Of a stretch of 64,000 nucleotides of DNA, positions 27,327 through 37,749 are shown in pieces. The position numbers and the translations under genes were made by a program. The notes below the pieces were generated by a model, which saw only the letters and a list, made by a program, of their open reading frames with translations, was not told where the DNA came from and did not search any database. The DNA is from Nitrososphaeria archaeon (GTDB lineage: Archaea > Thermoproteota > Nitrososphaeria > Geothermarchaeales > JDFR-13): assembly GCA_027078545.1 (NCBI GenBank), contig JALWXN010000004.1, forward strand, positions 928,001-992,000, written 5' to 3'. Each line of letters starts with the position of its first letter. Position 1 is the stretch's first letter.

Positions 27327-29640
27327 CCAGGTAGACAACACCAAGAACCAGTAGGAATACGATGAGGATGTTCTCGCTGAATAGAGAGGCTATAGGCCTC
27401 AAAGGCTCGACGTAGCCAATAGCCGTGGCTCCACTCCTAGAGATAAGGTCTGCGAGGAGCATCCCAACGCCTAGGGCCAGGGGCGCGGCTATCGGGAGTA
27501 TAACCACCAACTGTAGGACGCTGAGCCCCGCTATCAAGCCGTTCCCCATACCCAGGCTCTTCATTATGGCGAGCTCCTTGTTACGGGCCTCCGAGTCCAC
27601 GGAGTAGATCGATGATAGGCTTATAAGGCTGGCTATTAGGAGGGCAAATACTATGCCCGTGTTGAGCCCCAGTATGAAGTTCATCATGAACTGTATATTA
27701 TCGATGATCTCCTCCTTCGTGACGTAGTCAACGGAGACCAGTGGGTTCTCCTCAATGGCCTCCTTTACCTGCTCAGAGACCTCCTCAGGGTCTCCGGAGA
27801 CGTCGAGATAGGCGACTAGGGAGCGTCTACCAAGCTCATCCTCAGGTGTATCAGTCATGAGTATGTACTGCTCCTGGGTCACGAGGAGGTAGTACCCATT
27901 ATTAAGCCTCGAGATGGAGATACCCACCACCTTCAGCCTATATATGTCCCCATCAACCGCCGCCTCAATATAGTCACCCACATCTACACCCTTGAGTAGG
28001 GCCAGGCTCCTAGATATGACAGCCTCACCTAGGGCACTAGGGTATCTACCCCTCTCCAGTGGGAAGGCCACACCGGGGTCTCCTGCTAAGCCAGTCACGA
28101 TCTGTGAGACCTCTACCTGGCCGAAGACGTCTAGTACAGTATCCCTAGCTATGAGGTAGTAGCCAGTGACATTCTCATTATTCAAGAGGGCATCCTCGAC
28201 TATGGATGGTAGGTCTTCCAGGACTATACCCGATGTGGTGGATATGAAGAGGTTGGTCTCGAAGGGGATATCACCCCTATAGTTCTCCACTATCCCGTGT
28301 AGGCCATAAGCCTCCATGTTAAGGGCTGCCACCGCGCCCCAGAGGATGACTATGCTTAGCAGGACCCCCACAAACTTCCAGGGCCTTGAGAAGAGGTCCC
28401 TCACACCTATGCTTATCGATGTCCTGAGGAGCCTCAGCCTGACTGGCGTCCTTACCGAGTATAGCCCCGTCGTAGATATGGACCTGACGATATTTACCGA
28501 TGAGGCTATGGCGAAGGGTATCAACGCCCCGATGCCAACCATCCCCATCACGATCAGGGTTATTGAGGCTATCACGTCCTCACCGGCGTAGAAGCCTAGG
28601 GTCGAGATCAGTATCTCAGCAATCTCCGAGTCCCTTACTATGAAGTTGACATAGATATACTCTGCAGCCATTGGGGCGAAGGCTACACCGAGAAGTGTGC
28701 CTATCAGGCCCCTGATGATCCATGGGAGGCTATAATACTTGAATATACCCGCCCTAGACATGCCCATCGACTTGAGCGTCGCGACTATCTTCACCTCCCT
28801 AATAACTAGGGTTGACCCTGCAGAGGCTACGAGCAGAGGGATGAGGCCTATCACTATGGAGATGGGTATGGTTAGGATCGTGGATGCACTCTCGAGGAGT
28901 ACCACAACCGGGTTCGTCTCCTTCTTATTGACGAGGGTGAAGAAGTGTCTATACCCATTCTCTTCGACGAGGGCCTCAAGCCTCTCAGCCAGCCGGTCCA
29001 GATCAATGCCGGAGTCTGGGTCTACATATACCCCTATCACGATAGCCCTATCACCAACCAACTCGTCGATAAACTCCCTATCCAGGACAAGGGCGTGGGA
29101 CATCCCACCTAGGTGTGCGAATCCACGGGCGACACCCACTATCTCAACAGTGGTGTTGACCTGCCTACCGTCGGGTGAGACGGCTAGTATCTCGACCCTA
29201 TCCCCAATCTCTAGGAGCTGCTCACCACCCGGTGAGGGGCCTGTCAAGGCGTAGTAGAAGACAGCCTCCCCAGTATCCCTAGGCATCGAGCCGTTCAGGT
29301 CGAATACTGTTAGGGGCTCTACATACCTCTCATCGGTGAGGCTAACCGCATATTTAGACCCGTTGATTTCGATATCTCCGAACCAGACCTTGTAGGACTT
29401 AACCGTATCTACACCGGCCTCCTCCCTAACAGTATCGACGAAGTCCAGTGGGAAGACCCCGAATATGGCGACGTCACCTATAACGGCCCTGAACTGTTTA
29501 TATGCATGTTCAGACATGTTCTCCGCAAGTATGACTAGGGAGCCGTAGGACATTATCGAGACGAATATGAGGAGTATGATTGAGACTGTCTCCACCTTCC
29601 TCCTATATACCAGGCGGAGGCCCCCCTTGGCAATCGTCAT
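27271..29640 (-). CDS. MacB/FtsX-family ABC permease (duplicated architecture)
   Basis: Two REVKIVATLKSMG / RNKELAIMKSLG motifs; large extracytoplasmic domains with GRYP..GEAVIS. Confidence 0.88.
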   Translation of the reverse strand: MTIAKGGLRLVYRRKVETVSIILLIFVSIMSYGSLVILAENMSEHAYKQFRAVIGDVAIFGVFPLDFVDTVREEAGVDTVKSYKVWFGDIEINGSKYAVSLTDERYVEPLTVFDLNGSMPRDTGEAVFYYALTGPSPGGEQLLEIGDRVEILAVSPDGRQVNTTVEIVGVARGFAHLGGMSHALVLDREFIDELVGDRAIVIGVYVDPDSGIDLDRLAERLEALVEENGYRHFFTLVNKKETNPVVVLLESASTILTIPISIVIGLIPLLVASAGSTLVIREVKIVATLKSMGMSRAGIFKYYSLPWIIRGLIGTLLGVAFAPMAAEYIYVNFIVRDSEIAEILISTLGFYAGEDVIASITLIVMGMVGIGALIPFAIASSVNIVRSISTTGLYSVRTPVRLRLLRTSISIGVRDLFSRPWKFVGVLLSIVILWGAVAALNMEAYGLHGIVENYRGDIPFETNLFISTTSGIVLEDLPSIVEDALLNNENVTGYYLIARDTVLDVFGQVEVSQIVTGLAGDPGVAFPLERGRYPSALGEAVISRSLALLKGVDVGDYIEAAVDGDIYRLKVVGISISRLNNGYYLLVTQEQYILMTDTPEDELGRRSLVAYLDVSGDPEEVSEQVKEAIEENPLVSVDYVTKEEIIDNIQFMMNFILGLNTGIVFALLIASLISLSSIYSVDSEARNKELAIMKSLGMGNGLIAGLSVLQLVVILPIAAPLALGVGMLLADLISRSGATAIGYVEPLRPIASLFSENILIVFLLVLGVVYLVNYLKARRLDVVRVIQEI

Positions 29641-30305
29641 TGCAGGACACCGTCCCTTATCGAGATTATCCTATCGGCATAGCTGGCTAGCTGGGTATCA
29701 TGAGTAGCAAAGACAACCGTCTTACCCAGCTCCCTAGCCCTCCGGAGAAGCTCTACTATACGCAGCTTATTGGTATAGTCCAGGTTGGCTGTAGGCTCAT
29801 CCGCAAGGATCAGCTTGGGATCCCCAGCCAATGCCCTGGCTATAGCCACCCTCTGCTGCTCCCCACCACTCAGCTCAGAGGGGAAGCGGTCCATCTTATC
29901 CCCAAGCCCCACAAATTCTAGGAGCCCCCTAGCCCTCTCCATCCTCTCCTTCTTGGGTAGTCCCGCCAGCTCAGCCTGTAGAAGGACGTTCTCATAGGCC
30001 GTCAACACGGGTATGAGGTGGAAGAACTGGAAGACGATCCCTACGTTACGCCTCCTCCACATCGCTAGGCGAGAGTCTGAGAGGCCTGTGATATCCTCGC
30101 CACTCACCCTTATAGAGCCCTTAGTAGGCCTGTCAAGCCCACCCATCAAGTATAGGAGCGTTGACTTCCCAGACCCGCTGGGGCCCACCAGAGCCACAAA
30201 CTCAGACTCACCGATCTCTAGGGAGACACCCCTGAGGGCTGGTACCACCACCTTACCTATCCTATACTCCTTCCAGACATCCCTGACCTCCACCATAGCC
30301 CCCAT
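29637..30305 (-). CDS. LolD/MacB-type ABC ATPase
   Basis: [35 protein letters not shown]. Confidence 0.95.
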   Translation of the reverse strand: MGAMVEVRDVWKEYRIGKVVVPALRGVSLEIGESEFVALVGPSGSGKSTLLYLMGGLDRPTKGSIRVSGEDITGLSDSRLAMWRRRNVGIVFQFFHLIPVLTAYENVLLQAELAGLPKKERMERARGLLEFVGLGDKMDRFPSELSGGEQQRVAIARALAGDPKLILADEPTANLDYTNKLRIVELLRRARELGKTVVFATHDTQLASYADRIISIRDGVLQ

Positions 30306-30414
30306 AGCATATCCCCCAGCGGGGTATTCACTAAACCCAATGCCTACACCGATTATCTAGCCTAATATATATCCCGCTGAGACATCAAGTTGATTAAAGC
30401 CAAGGTAGGTCGTC

Positions 30415-31017
30415 ATGGCTAGGTACCTAGTACTGGGGGGTGGGGAGCCTAGATACACCTATATCCTCATGGGTATCAGTATAGGGGCATACATAGCTGG
30501 GGCCATAGCCTCTGGCAACCCCCTCCAGATCTATAGGAGTGGCTACTTCTACCTCTACGCATTCACCAAGACCGTGTTCGGCGGGATCTATCCATGGCAG
30601 CTCGTCACATCCCTATTCATCCACCTCGATATAATACACATCATGTTCAACATGTTCTTCCTCTTCCTCCTAGGGACGCAGCTCGAGAGACTGGCTGGGA
30701 GCACCAAGCTCCTCGAGGTATACCTCCTCTCAGGACTGGCTGGGAACATACTCAGCCTACTTATGGCGCCGAGGGTTATTGTAGCCGGTGCAAGCGGAGC
30801 AATATTCGGGATCTTTGGCTACCTCATAATGTTCTCAGGAACCCTAGGCGGCCAGATAAGGACGATGCTGCTCTACGCCCTATTCATATTCCTGATAAAC
30901 TCCCTGATACCGGGTGTCGATATAGCCGGGCATCTAGGTGGGCTCTTCGCCGGCCTGGTTCTAGGCTACATGGATGGTAGGAGGTTAATATCGGAGATCC
31001 GCCGTTTCAGGTTTTAG
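30415..31017 (+). CDS. Rhomboid intramembrane serine protease
   Basis: H...H..FNM, GASG catalytic Ser, GHLGG catalytic His. Confidence 0.93.
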   Translation: MARYLVLGGGEPRYTYILMGISIGAYIAGAIASGNPLQIYRSGYFYLYAFTKTVFGGIYPWQLVTSLFIHLDIIHIMFNMFFLFLLGTQLERLAGSTKLLEVYLLSGLAGNILSLLMAPRVIVAGASGAIFGIFGYLIMFSGTLGGQIRTMLLYALFIFLINSLIPGVDIAGHLGGLFAGLVLGYMDGRRLISEIRRFRF

Positions 31018-31025
31018 ACACGGCT

Positions 31026-31925
31026 ATGAAGATCCTCTCGATCGACGGTGGGGGGAGCAAGACAGAGATACTCCTATGGGAAGACGGGGCGACACACCTC
31101 GAGAGGCTTGGGGCTGGGATAAACCACCACATCCATGGCGGCGATGCTAAGAAGAGGGTACAGGAGATACTAGATAGGTATGAAGCCGATATAGTTGTCC
31201 TGGGCCTGGCGGGCCTCGACACACCTAGGGACTGGATCTATTGGAGAAAGGCCATGGGCGAGAGGGTTGGAGAGGACATCATCCTGGTCCATGACGTTGA
31301 TATGGCCCTCTACGCAGGCGAGGGTAGGGGCGTGGGGATAGTCGTCATCTCAGGGACGGGATCCAACGTATATGCCAGGAATGGGGATAGATGGGTAAAG
31401 ATGGGGGACTGGGGATCCCCATATGGAGACGACTACTCCGCCCATGAGCTGGGCAGGATAGTCCTAAGGAGGTTCCTAAGGATGTATGACGGTAGATCCC
31501 CGAGAACCTCTCTCTACAACTACCTAGTGGATAGGCTGGGCCCCAGCCCCATAGACACGATATATGGCCTAGACATACCCGGCGTGGCAAGGATAGGTGT
31601 GGAGACATGTATAGAGATGCCCCATGAGGTGGTAGACGCCTTAGATGGTATAGCCTATGGACTGGCCAGGACCGCCCAACTAGCCGCTGAGAGGCTGGGA
31701 CTATTAAACGCCAGGATCCACTATACTGGTGGGCTTTTCCGATGCCCTTTATACGCCAAGCTCTTCAGGAAGCATATTAGGTATAGGGGGCTAATACTAG
31801 GTAGGTATATAGGACACCCCGTCGTGGGTGGGGTGGCAATAGCCCTCGAGAAGACGGGCCAACCAGTCGATCCCCAGGTTATTGAGGAGCTGGATAAGAG
31901 GCTTGATAGTGATGAGCAGGGCTAG
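31026..31925 (+). CDS. BadF/BadG/BcrA-type ASKHA kinase (GlcNAc/hexose kinase-like)
   Basis: IDGGGSKT, GLAGLD, ISGTGS. Confidence 0.85.
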   Translation: MKILSIDGGGSKTEILLWEDGATHLERLGAGINHHIHGGDAKKRVQEILDRYEADIVVLGLAGLDTPRDWIYWRKAMGERVGEDIILVHDVDMALYAGEGRGVGIVVISGTGSNVYARNGDRWVKMGDWGSPYGDDYSAHELGRIVLRRFLRMYDGRSPRTSLYNYLVDRLGPSPIDTIYGLDIPGVARIGVETCIEMPHEVVDALDGIAYGLARTAQLAAERLGLLNARIHYTGGLFRCPLYAKLFRKHIRYRGLILGRYIGHPVVGGVAIALEKTGQPVDPQVIEELDKRLDSDEQG

Positions 31926-32457
31926 GATAGCTGGCTACACAGCCTACACCGCGATATTCCTACTAGGCATCCTACTCGGGGGTGGGATGCCCGATGAGGC
32001 GATGGAGCTCGTCCGACTCATATTCGGGGAGGGTGGTGAGGAGACCCTCGAGCCATATACACCCATACTCCTCATAACGATATTCCTGAGGAACCTAGCG
32101 ACCGCGACGTTGATACTTGCATCGGCACCCTTCGCGGGCCTACTCCCCGGCGTTATACTACTCCTCAACGGCTTCATAGTGGGGGGCGTCGTGACATACT
32201 CAGTCACAGAGATGGGTAGGACACCCCTTGAGGTGGCCGCCCTCCTACTCCCCCACGGGGTGGTCGAGATACCCACCCTAATCTATGCATCCGCCCTGAG
32301 CCTGGAGGCGGGTCTAAAGATAGTTAGGGGGGAGTTCACAAGGGAGGACGGCGAGGCCCTACTGAGGAGCTACGTCAGGGTCATACTACCCCTTATATTC
32401 ATCGCCGCATTGATAGAGACATTTATAACCCCCTGGATAGCCTCCCAAGCGGTGTAG
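31912..32457 (+). CDS. SpoIIM (DUF95) family membrane protein
   Basis: IFLRN, NG, LLPHGVVEIP, AALIETFITP. Confidence 0.88.
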   Translation: MSRARIAGYTAYTAIFLLGILLGGGMPDEAMELVRLIFGEGGEETLEPYTPILLITIFLRNLATATLILASAPFAGLLPGVILLLNGFIVGGVVTYSVTEMGRTPLEVAALLLPHGVVEIPTLIYASALSLEAGLKIVRGEFTREDGEALLRSYVRVILPLIFIAALIETFITPWIASQAV

Positions 32458-32461
32458 AACA

Positions 32462-33607
32462 TTGCTGAGGATAACGAGGAACAAGAACCTCAGGGTAATG
32501 GCTATCTTCTACCTCGTAATGGGCCTAGTCATGGGATTCGCAGCCCCCCTAATACCCAGCCTAGTCATAGATGTGGGGCTCACCTTCACGGAGCTAGGCG
32601 GGGCCTCCTCACTCGCCGCACTCCTAGCCGGGCTCGGCCTCCCAGTCCTCGGATACCTGGGGGACAAGTATGGTAAGAAGAAGATGCTCATCCTTGCCAC
32701 GGGGATAAGGATCTCCGCACTAGCCATCTTCGCCGCGACGATGGATAGGGAGCTTATACTACTGGCCTACATGCTCAACGAGCTGGGCTTCATACTATAC
32801 CTCCCATTCGCCCGGGCAGTCGTCAGCGAGGCCGCTGGAAAGGAGGAGATGGGTAGGGCCTACGGAGAGCTCATAACCATTGTGAGCTTCACCGAGGTTG
32901 TGGCACCACTCATCTCCGGCCAAATATACAGGTTTGTACAGGACTACAACGCCATGTTCCTACCACTATTCCTAGCCAGCGTGGGGGCTACACCCATCCT
33001 CCTCCTACTAGACGAGGTGAAGGCCGAGAGGCCCATACACCCGAGGGAGATACTGAGGCTATCCAGGATGGAGAGGAGGGTCTATATACCGGCGATACTC
33101 GAGGCAGTTGCATGGAGGGTATGGATCTTCCTACTATACACGGCTCCTAAGGACAGGCTAGGGATAGGCCCCGACTTCATAGGGATAGCCTATACAGCCC
33201 AGAGCGGGGCGTGGTTCCTCACCCAGTACGTCGCTGGCCACCTAACGGATAGGGTTGGCGCCAAGAAGATGTATATAGTCTCAGACTCACTCATGATACC
33301 GATGGCGCTACTCTACATCTTCTACATGTCTGAGGCCACCGTACTTATCAACGCCGCCCTATTCGGCCTAAGCATCTCACTATGGATACCCGCCTTCAAT
33401 AGGGTCGTCTTCGAGGCATCCACACAGGAGACAAGGGCACTGACATACTCCAAGGTGGACAGCTTCCGATACCTGGCGAGTACACCGGCAGCCCAAATAG
33501 GGGGTATGATGTATGAAGGGCTGGACCCGGCATCGCCCTTCATACTTGGTATCGCCCTGGTGGCTATAGATATATACCTAGAGTATAGGTTATTCCCCGA
33601 TGTATAG
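32462..33607 (+). CDS. MFS transporter
   Basis: GYLGDKYGKK and GHLTDRVGAK loops; about 12 TM. Confidence 0.9.
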   Translation: MLRITRNKNLRVMAIFYLVMGLVMGFAAPLIPSLVIDVGLTFTELGGASSLAALLAGLGLPVLGYLGDKYGKKKMLILATGIRISALAIFAATMDRELILLAYMLNELGFILYLPFARAVVSEAAGKEEMGRAYGELITIVSFTEVVAPLISGQIYRFVQDYNAMFLPLFLASVGATPILLLLDEVKAERPIHPREILRLSRMERRVYIPAILEAVAWRVWIFLLYTAPKDRLGIGPDFIGIAYTAQSGAWFLTQYVAGHLTDRVGAKKMYIVSDSLMIPMALLYIFYMSEATVLINAALFGLSISLWIPAFNRVVFEASTQETRALTYSKVDSFRYLASTPAAQIGGMMYEGLDPASPFILGIALVAIDIYLEYRLFPDV

Positions 33608-33621
33608 CCAATTATTAAGGG

Positions 33622-34851
33622 ATGATGGGGAGAGACCCGATAGACGAGATCAGGGGAACCTATGGAGAGGAGCTGGGGGATAGGAGGATCATACTAGTCG
33701 TCACAGGGAGCATCTCCGCCTACAAGGCTCCGGACATAGCTAGGGAGCTGATTAGACATGGTGCCGAGGTCTACATCGTCGCGAGCCAGGACGCCCTGAG
33801 ATTCGCCACTAGGGATACCCTTGCATGGAGCGTGGGTGGTAGATTGATTACCGAGATGTCCTACCTAGCAGAGCATATATACCTGCTTAGGGATGCAGAC
33901 CTAGTCCTCGTGGCTCCTGCAACGGCCAACACGGTGGCTAAGGCGGCATACGGCGTAGCGGATACACCAGCGACACTGGCCATACACTCTGCACTGGGGT
34001 ATGGGAAGAAGGTGTTGATAGCCCCCGTGATGCATCTAAACATGGCTGAGAACCCCCTCTATAAAGAGGCTGTGGAGAGGCTTAGGAAGATGGGAGTAAT
34101 ATTCATAGACCCACTGGTCGAGGAGGAGAAGGCTAAGCTACCACCCCTCAGGGATATCAAGATGGAGGTCTTCAAGTCCCTATACCCGGAGATACTCTCA
34201 GGTAGGAAGGTGGTGGTCACTGCTGGACCCACCATAGAGTATATCGACCCAGTCAGGATAATCACGAATAAGAGTAGTGGCAAGATGGGTGTCTACATAG
34301 CTGAGGAGGCCTACCTAATGGGGGCTGAGGTCACCCTTATACACGGCCCGATAAGGGTCGAGCCATATAGAAAGCTGGAAAGGATACCTGTCGAGACCAC
34401 CGAGGAGATGCTGGATGCAACAATGGAGGCCCTCGAGGGGGCCGACATATTCATAAGCGCAGCTGCACCAGTAGACTATAGGCCGGCCCTCCAGTGGGAG
34501 GAGAAGATAGATACCCGTAGCACAGGTGGACTGGACCTAGAGCTCGTCCTAACACCCAAGATCGTGGCCGAGGCTAAGAAGAGGTATCCCGATCTATACA
34601 TCGTGAGCTTCAAGGCCCTCTACAACGTGGGTGACGAGGAGCTAGTAGCTGCAGCGGCCGAGCATGCCAGGAGATACAGATTCAACCTGACGGTGGCTAA
34701 CGACGTAGCCCGTGAAGGTACAGGGTTCCAGCACGAGACAAACGAGGTCTTCATAGTCGATAGGGATGGCAGGCTGGTGAAGAGGCTTAGGGGGCATAAG
34801 AGGACCTTGGCCAGGGAGCTACTCCAGATCATAGCGGGAGAGCTTGGATAG
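33622..34851 (+). CDS. coaBC: Bifunctional phosphopantothenoylcysteine decarboxylase/synthetase
   Basis: TGSISAYK, APATANT, TAGPT.E.IDPVR.I.N.SSGKMG. Confidence 0.95.
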   Translation: MMGRDPIDEIRGTYGEELGDRRIILVVTGSISAYKAPDIARELIRHGAEVYIVASQDALRFATRDTLAWSVGGRLITEMSYLAEHIYLLRDADLVLVAPATANTVAKAAYGVADTPATLAIHSALGYGKKVLIAPVMHLNMAENPLYKEAVERLRKMGVIFIDPLVEEEKAKLPPLRDIKMEVFKSLYPEILSGRKVVVTAGPTIEYIDPVRIITNKSSGKMGVYIAEEAYLMGAEVTLIHGPIRVEPYRKLERIPVETTEEMLDATMEALEGADIFISAAAPVDYRPALQWEEKIDTRSTGGLDLELVLTPKIVAEAKKRYPDLYIVSFKALYNVGDEELVAAAAEHARRYRFNLTVANDVAREGTGFQHETNEVFIVDRDGRLVKRLRGHKRTLARELLQIIAGELG

Positions 34852-35568
34852 CCTATCCATTATACGCCTCAACACCGCTGCGAGGACTGCTCCATTATCA
34901 TACCTGGTCAGTATCTCCCGGGCCTCCTCCCTAGTCATCCCCGTCATCTCCCTAGTAAGTATGGGGAAGACCCTCACAAGGTTATCCACAATTGTTATGT
35001 CCGAGTTCCTAGCCGTCCTACTCAGGGGGTTCAGATCGACCGATATAACCCTCTTCCCAAGCCTCCTAAGCCCCTCCGGCATATCCCCATCCTCAATCAT
35101 AAGCATAACAGTGTCAGCGGAGTAGATCCCCATGCTTGAGACGAGGCGCCTCCTACTCGACACTGTGGGTATCTCCACATCATGGTCGGTATATACCGGT
35201 ATAGAGAGCCCCCTGAACAGCCTAGCTATCGCCTCGACCCTCTCCCTAGAGTAGTGGAAGAGGTTTATCTCGATCGGGATCCCGAACCTCTCGGCGAAGC
35301 CCGCTATCTCCTCATGGGCAAGGGCCGCCGCATTACCATTAACGGCTATAACCGGCCTCTTAGAGAGTATGAGTAGGGCTGCTGCAGCCCTATAGGCTGG
35401 TAATGCCTCCTCTGGTGTCTCCTCACCTAGGATATAGTCGAAGCACTCCCCCCTGCCATGGGCGATGAGGCCCTGGGGGACGACGACATCCCCAAGCATA
35501 CTAACCAGTCGTTCACGTATGACCAGGCTCTTGTAGCGTGGGTGGCTAGTGGGGATATCAGTCATCAA
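34819..35568 (-). CDS. Archaeal phosphopantothenate synthetase (PPS)
   Basis: HPRYKSL, AHGRGECFDY, VNGN, EDGD, DLNPLSRTA. Confidence 0.93.
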   Translation of the reverse strand: MMTDIPTSHPRYKSLVIRERLVSMLGDVVVPQGLIAHGRGECFDYILGEETPEEALPAYRAAAALLILSKRPVIAVNGNAAALAHEEIAGFAERFGIPIEINLFHYSRERVEAIARLFRGLSIPVYTDHDVEIPTVSSRRRLVSSMGIYSADTVMLMIEDGDMPEGLRRLGKRVISVDLNPLSRTARNSDITIVDNLVRVFPILTREMTGMTREEAREILTRYDNGAVLAAVLRRIMDRLSKLSRYDLE

Positions 35569-36406
35569 TTATCCTTAATCCACACCTCGATATTTTAAGA
35601 ACCTCTGTATACCCCATACCGGAAAGATTATCAGCCACCTCGGGGCCGAGGCCCTTGTCAACATAGACCAGGACGATATTCTTCTTCCTATGGAAACCTA
35701 TGAGGGAGCCCCTCCTCATATAGATCCTCAGCCTACCCACCAACTCCTCATAGAGATCCCTATCCATAAGCCCCGTCATCAATGAGAATCTCTGACTAGC
35801 CTCAACAAACCTCTCTAGACCCGGGTCCTCGAGGAAGTATCTATGTATCTCAGGGCCCACAGCCGAGACCTTCTCACCAACCCTCCGGAGCATCTCAGGA
35901 GTGGTCTCCGACCCAGTCTCGAGGGCCACTACGTCGGGATCACCGTCCACCCTGACCGACTCTACAACAGCCTCTCCAGGCCCACCTGGGAAACGTCTAA
36001 CCTCGAGCCCACCCCTTATAATGGCTACCACGTCTCCATAGCCAGTCCGGTTTAGAACCTCCGCATTGTGGACAGCCCTACCTGCCTCCTCAACTGTATG
36101 GGCACCAGCTAGTAGGAGGCCAGCCATCGAGAGGCCAGCGCTCATGCCATAGCCAATGCCTAGGAGTGGGCGTGAATAGGCCTCTATCGCGATTGGTTCG
36201 AGACCGAGGTAGGAGAAGCTGTCCAGATATGTCTTGAAGACTACTCTCCCAGAGCCACTGAAGTATACCCCTGGGCCGCCCTTTCCCATCCCGACCCTTA
36301 TAGGGCTCAGATTCACACCTGCGCCTACACTACCAGTCGTCTGGGGATCATGCCCCTCAACGACGTACCAATACCCAGTTACATGTCTAGGAACCTCTAT
36401 GATCAT
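35558..36406 (-). CDS. Archaeal pantoate kinase (PoK, GHMP family)
   Basis: PRHVTG, TGSVGAG, GIGYGMSAG, AEV...TGYGDV. Confidence 0.9.
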   Translation of the reverse strand: MIIEVPRHVTGYWYVVEGHDPQTTGSVGAGVNLSPIRVGMGKGGPGVYFSGSGRVVFKTYLDSFSYLGLEPIAIEAYSRPLLGIGYGMSAGLSMAGLLLAGAHTVEEAGRAVHNAEVLNRTGYGDVVAIIRGGLEVRRFPGGPGEAVVESVRVDGDPDVVALETGSETTPEMLRRVGEKVSAVGPEIHRYFLEDPGLERFVEASQRFSLMTGLMDRDLYEELVGRLRIYMRRGSLIGFHRKKNIVLVYVDKGLGPEVADNLSGMGYTEVLKISRCGLRIIDD

Positions 36407-36451
36407 GCCTAGAAAGAATATGGTGGATATCTAGGAGGTATAAAGAGGAGA

Positions 36452-37615
36452 TTAGTGGGTGGGCGACCTCACTAGTAGGCCGTTCTCCTCGAGCCACCTC
36501 ACCATGCCCTGGTAGGCCAGTATCCTGGATATAGACTTCCCACCCTTCGGCCCAGGCTTCTTCATGTAGAAGGCGTTGACCTCGTATATCGTACCGGTGT
36601 AGCCAGCGTCCAGCGCCAGCCTACCCAGCCTAGCAAGGTCGACCATGTAACCAGCCAGTGCCGGGCTATCATTGATCCTCATGTTAACATAGATACTGTC
36701 CCTAACACCGTTGAAACTCTTATACTCTATGTGTATACTGACGAACTTCTTGTCGCCGAGGGGCTCCAGGTAGCCAGTGGGCTTGATATAGTGTGGCGCG
36801 TCGTAGCCCAGGATATCCTCCACGATACTGCTCTTCGTCTTCTCCTTCATCAGGTTCTTATCCGGATCTGTGAGAGCGTAGAAGTCTAGGTTACCCCCTA
36901 TATTGAACTGTACCACGAACTCAACACGCCTATTCCTCTCACTGAGATGCTCCAGGACATCGGCTGTGAAGGGCGTCGCACCAGTAGCTCCGTCGTCACC
37001 CAGTATCAGTCCACCGGCCTCCCTATACATCTTCACGTAGAGGTCGTCGTTGGCCAGTGGGGTGGGTATCAGGTTTACGAAGGCGACTGGGCTATGCCTC
37101 CTACTATACTCTGCAGCCACGTAGGCGTAGAACTGGCCAGCCGATACCCTCCCCTCAGCCAGCCTCTCCTCCAAGACCTCTATAGACCCGATCTCATCGG
37201 CATACTCGGTAGTTATCACGTTGATGATGACGTCGGGCTCCAGCTCCCTCCACTGGTCGATCAAGGTCTCCGCCGCCTCTAGGAGGCTCATCCTATAGTC
37301 TAGACCCCTGGACCTGATGCCCAGCCTATCCAGGTTCCCAAGGTGGACACCCTCCAGTACCCTGAGACTCCTGAGACTCTCCGGTATAGGCACTACATCG
37401 CCTATCTGCCTCTTAGCCACCTCGTAGAGCGTCTTGCCAACCTTGGACTCGTCGACGTCATAGGCAGCCACTACCTCTACCTCGGATATACTCTTCTCAA
37501 GCTTACCTGCAAGGGGTACTCCATAAGGCTCTATCTCACCAGCCTTAATCCTCTCAAGCCCCACAGCGAAGTGTGAGGCCGCCATACCCATGCCGAGCAG
37601 TATAACCCTCACCAT
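36452..37615 (-). CDS. ino1: myo-inositol-1-phosphate synthase
   Basis: GDDGATGAT, QFNIGGNLDF, INDSPALAG; strong SD GGAGGTGA. Confidence 0.93.
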   Translation of the reverse strand: MVRVILLGMGMAASHFAVGLERIKAGEIEPYGVPLAGKLEKSISEVEVVAAYDVDESKVGKTLYEVAKRQIGDVVPIPESLRSLRVLEGVHLGNLDRLGIRSRGLDYRMSLLEAAETLIDQWRELEPDVIINVITTEYADEIGSIEVLEERLAEGRVSAGQFYAYVAAEYSRRHSPVAFVNLIPTPLANDDLYVKMYREAGGLILGDDGATGATPFTADVLEHLSERNRRVEFVVQFNIGGNLDFYALTDPDKNLMKEKTKSSIVEDILGYDAPHYIKPTGYLEPLGDKKFVSIHIEYKSFNGVRDSIYVNMRINDSPALAGYMVDLARLGRLALDAGYTGTIYEVNAFYMKKPGPKGGKSISRILAYQGMVRWLEENGLLVRSPTH

Positions 37616-37619
37616 ATCT

Positions 37620-37737
37620 AATCACCTCCTTAGGGTGTGATGGAGGATTAGTGAATAGGTGTGGAGCTAGTAGCCCCGAGGATCCACAGAGACCTCCATC
37701 CAAAAAATATTGTGATGTATGGTGGAGGATATAAATA
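37620..37737 (-). promoter_or_regulatory. TATA box plus ~85-nt structured leader upstream of ino1
   Basis: TTTATAT; stems GATGGAGG/CCTCCATC and TGTGGA/TCCACA; SD AGGAGGTGAT. Confidence 0.5.
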
Positions 37738-37749
37738 TGATTGGGAGCG

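Noticed and set aside
30318-30380. Imperfect inverted repeat CAGCGGGGTAT/ATATCCCGCTG in a divergent promoter
   Set aside because: No target-site duplication or second copy; more simply explained as promoter elements than as a MITE.
37621-37630. ATCACCTCCT, identical to the 16S rRNA 3' end
   Set aside because: It is simply the complement of the strong SD of ino1; no rRNA sequence flanks it.
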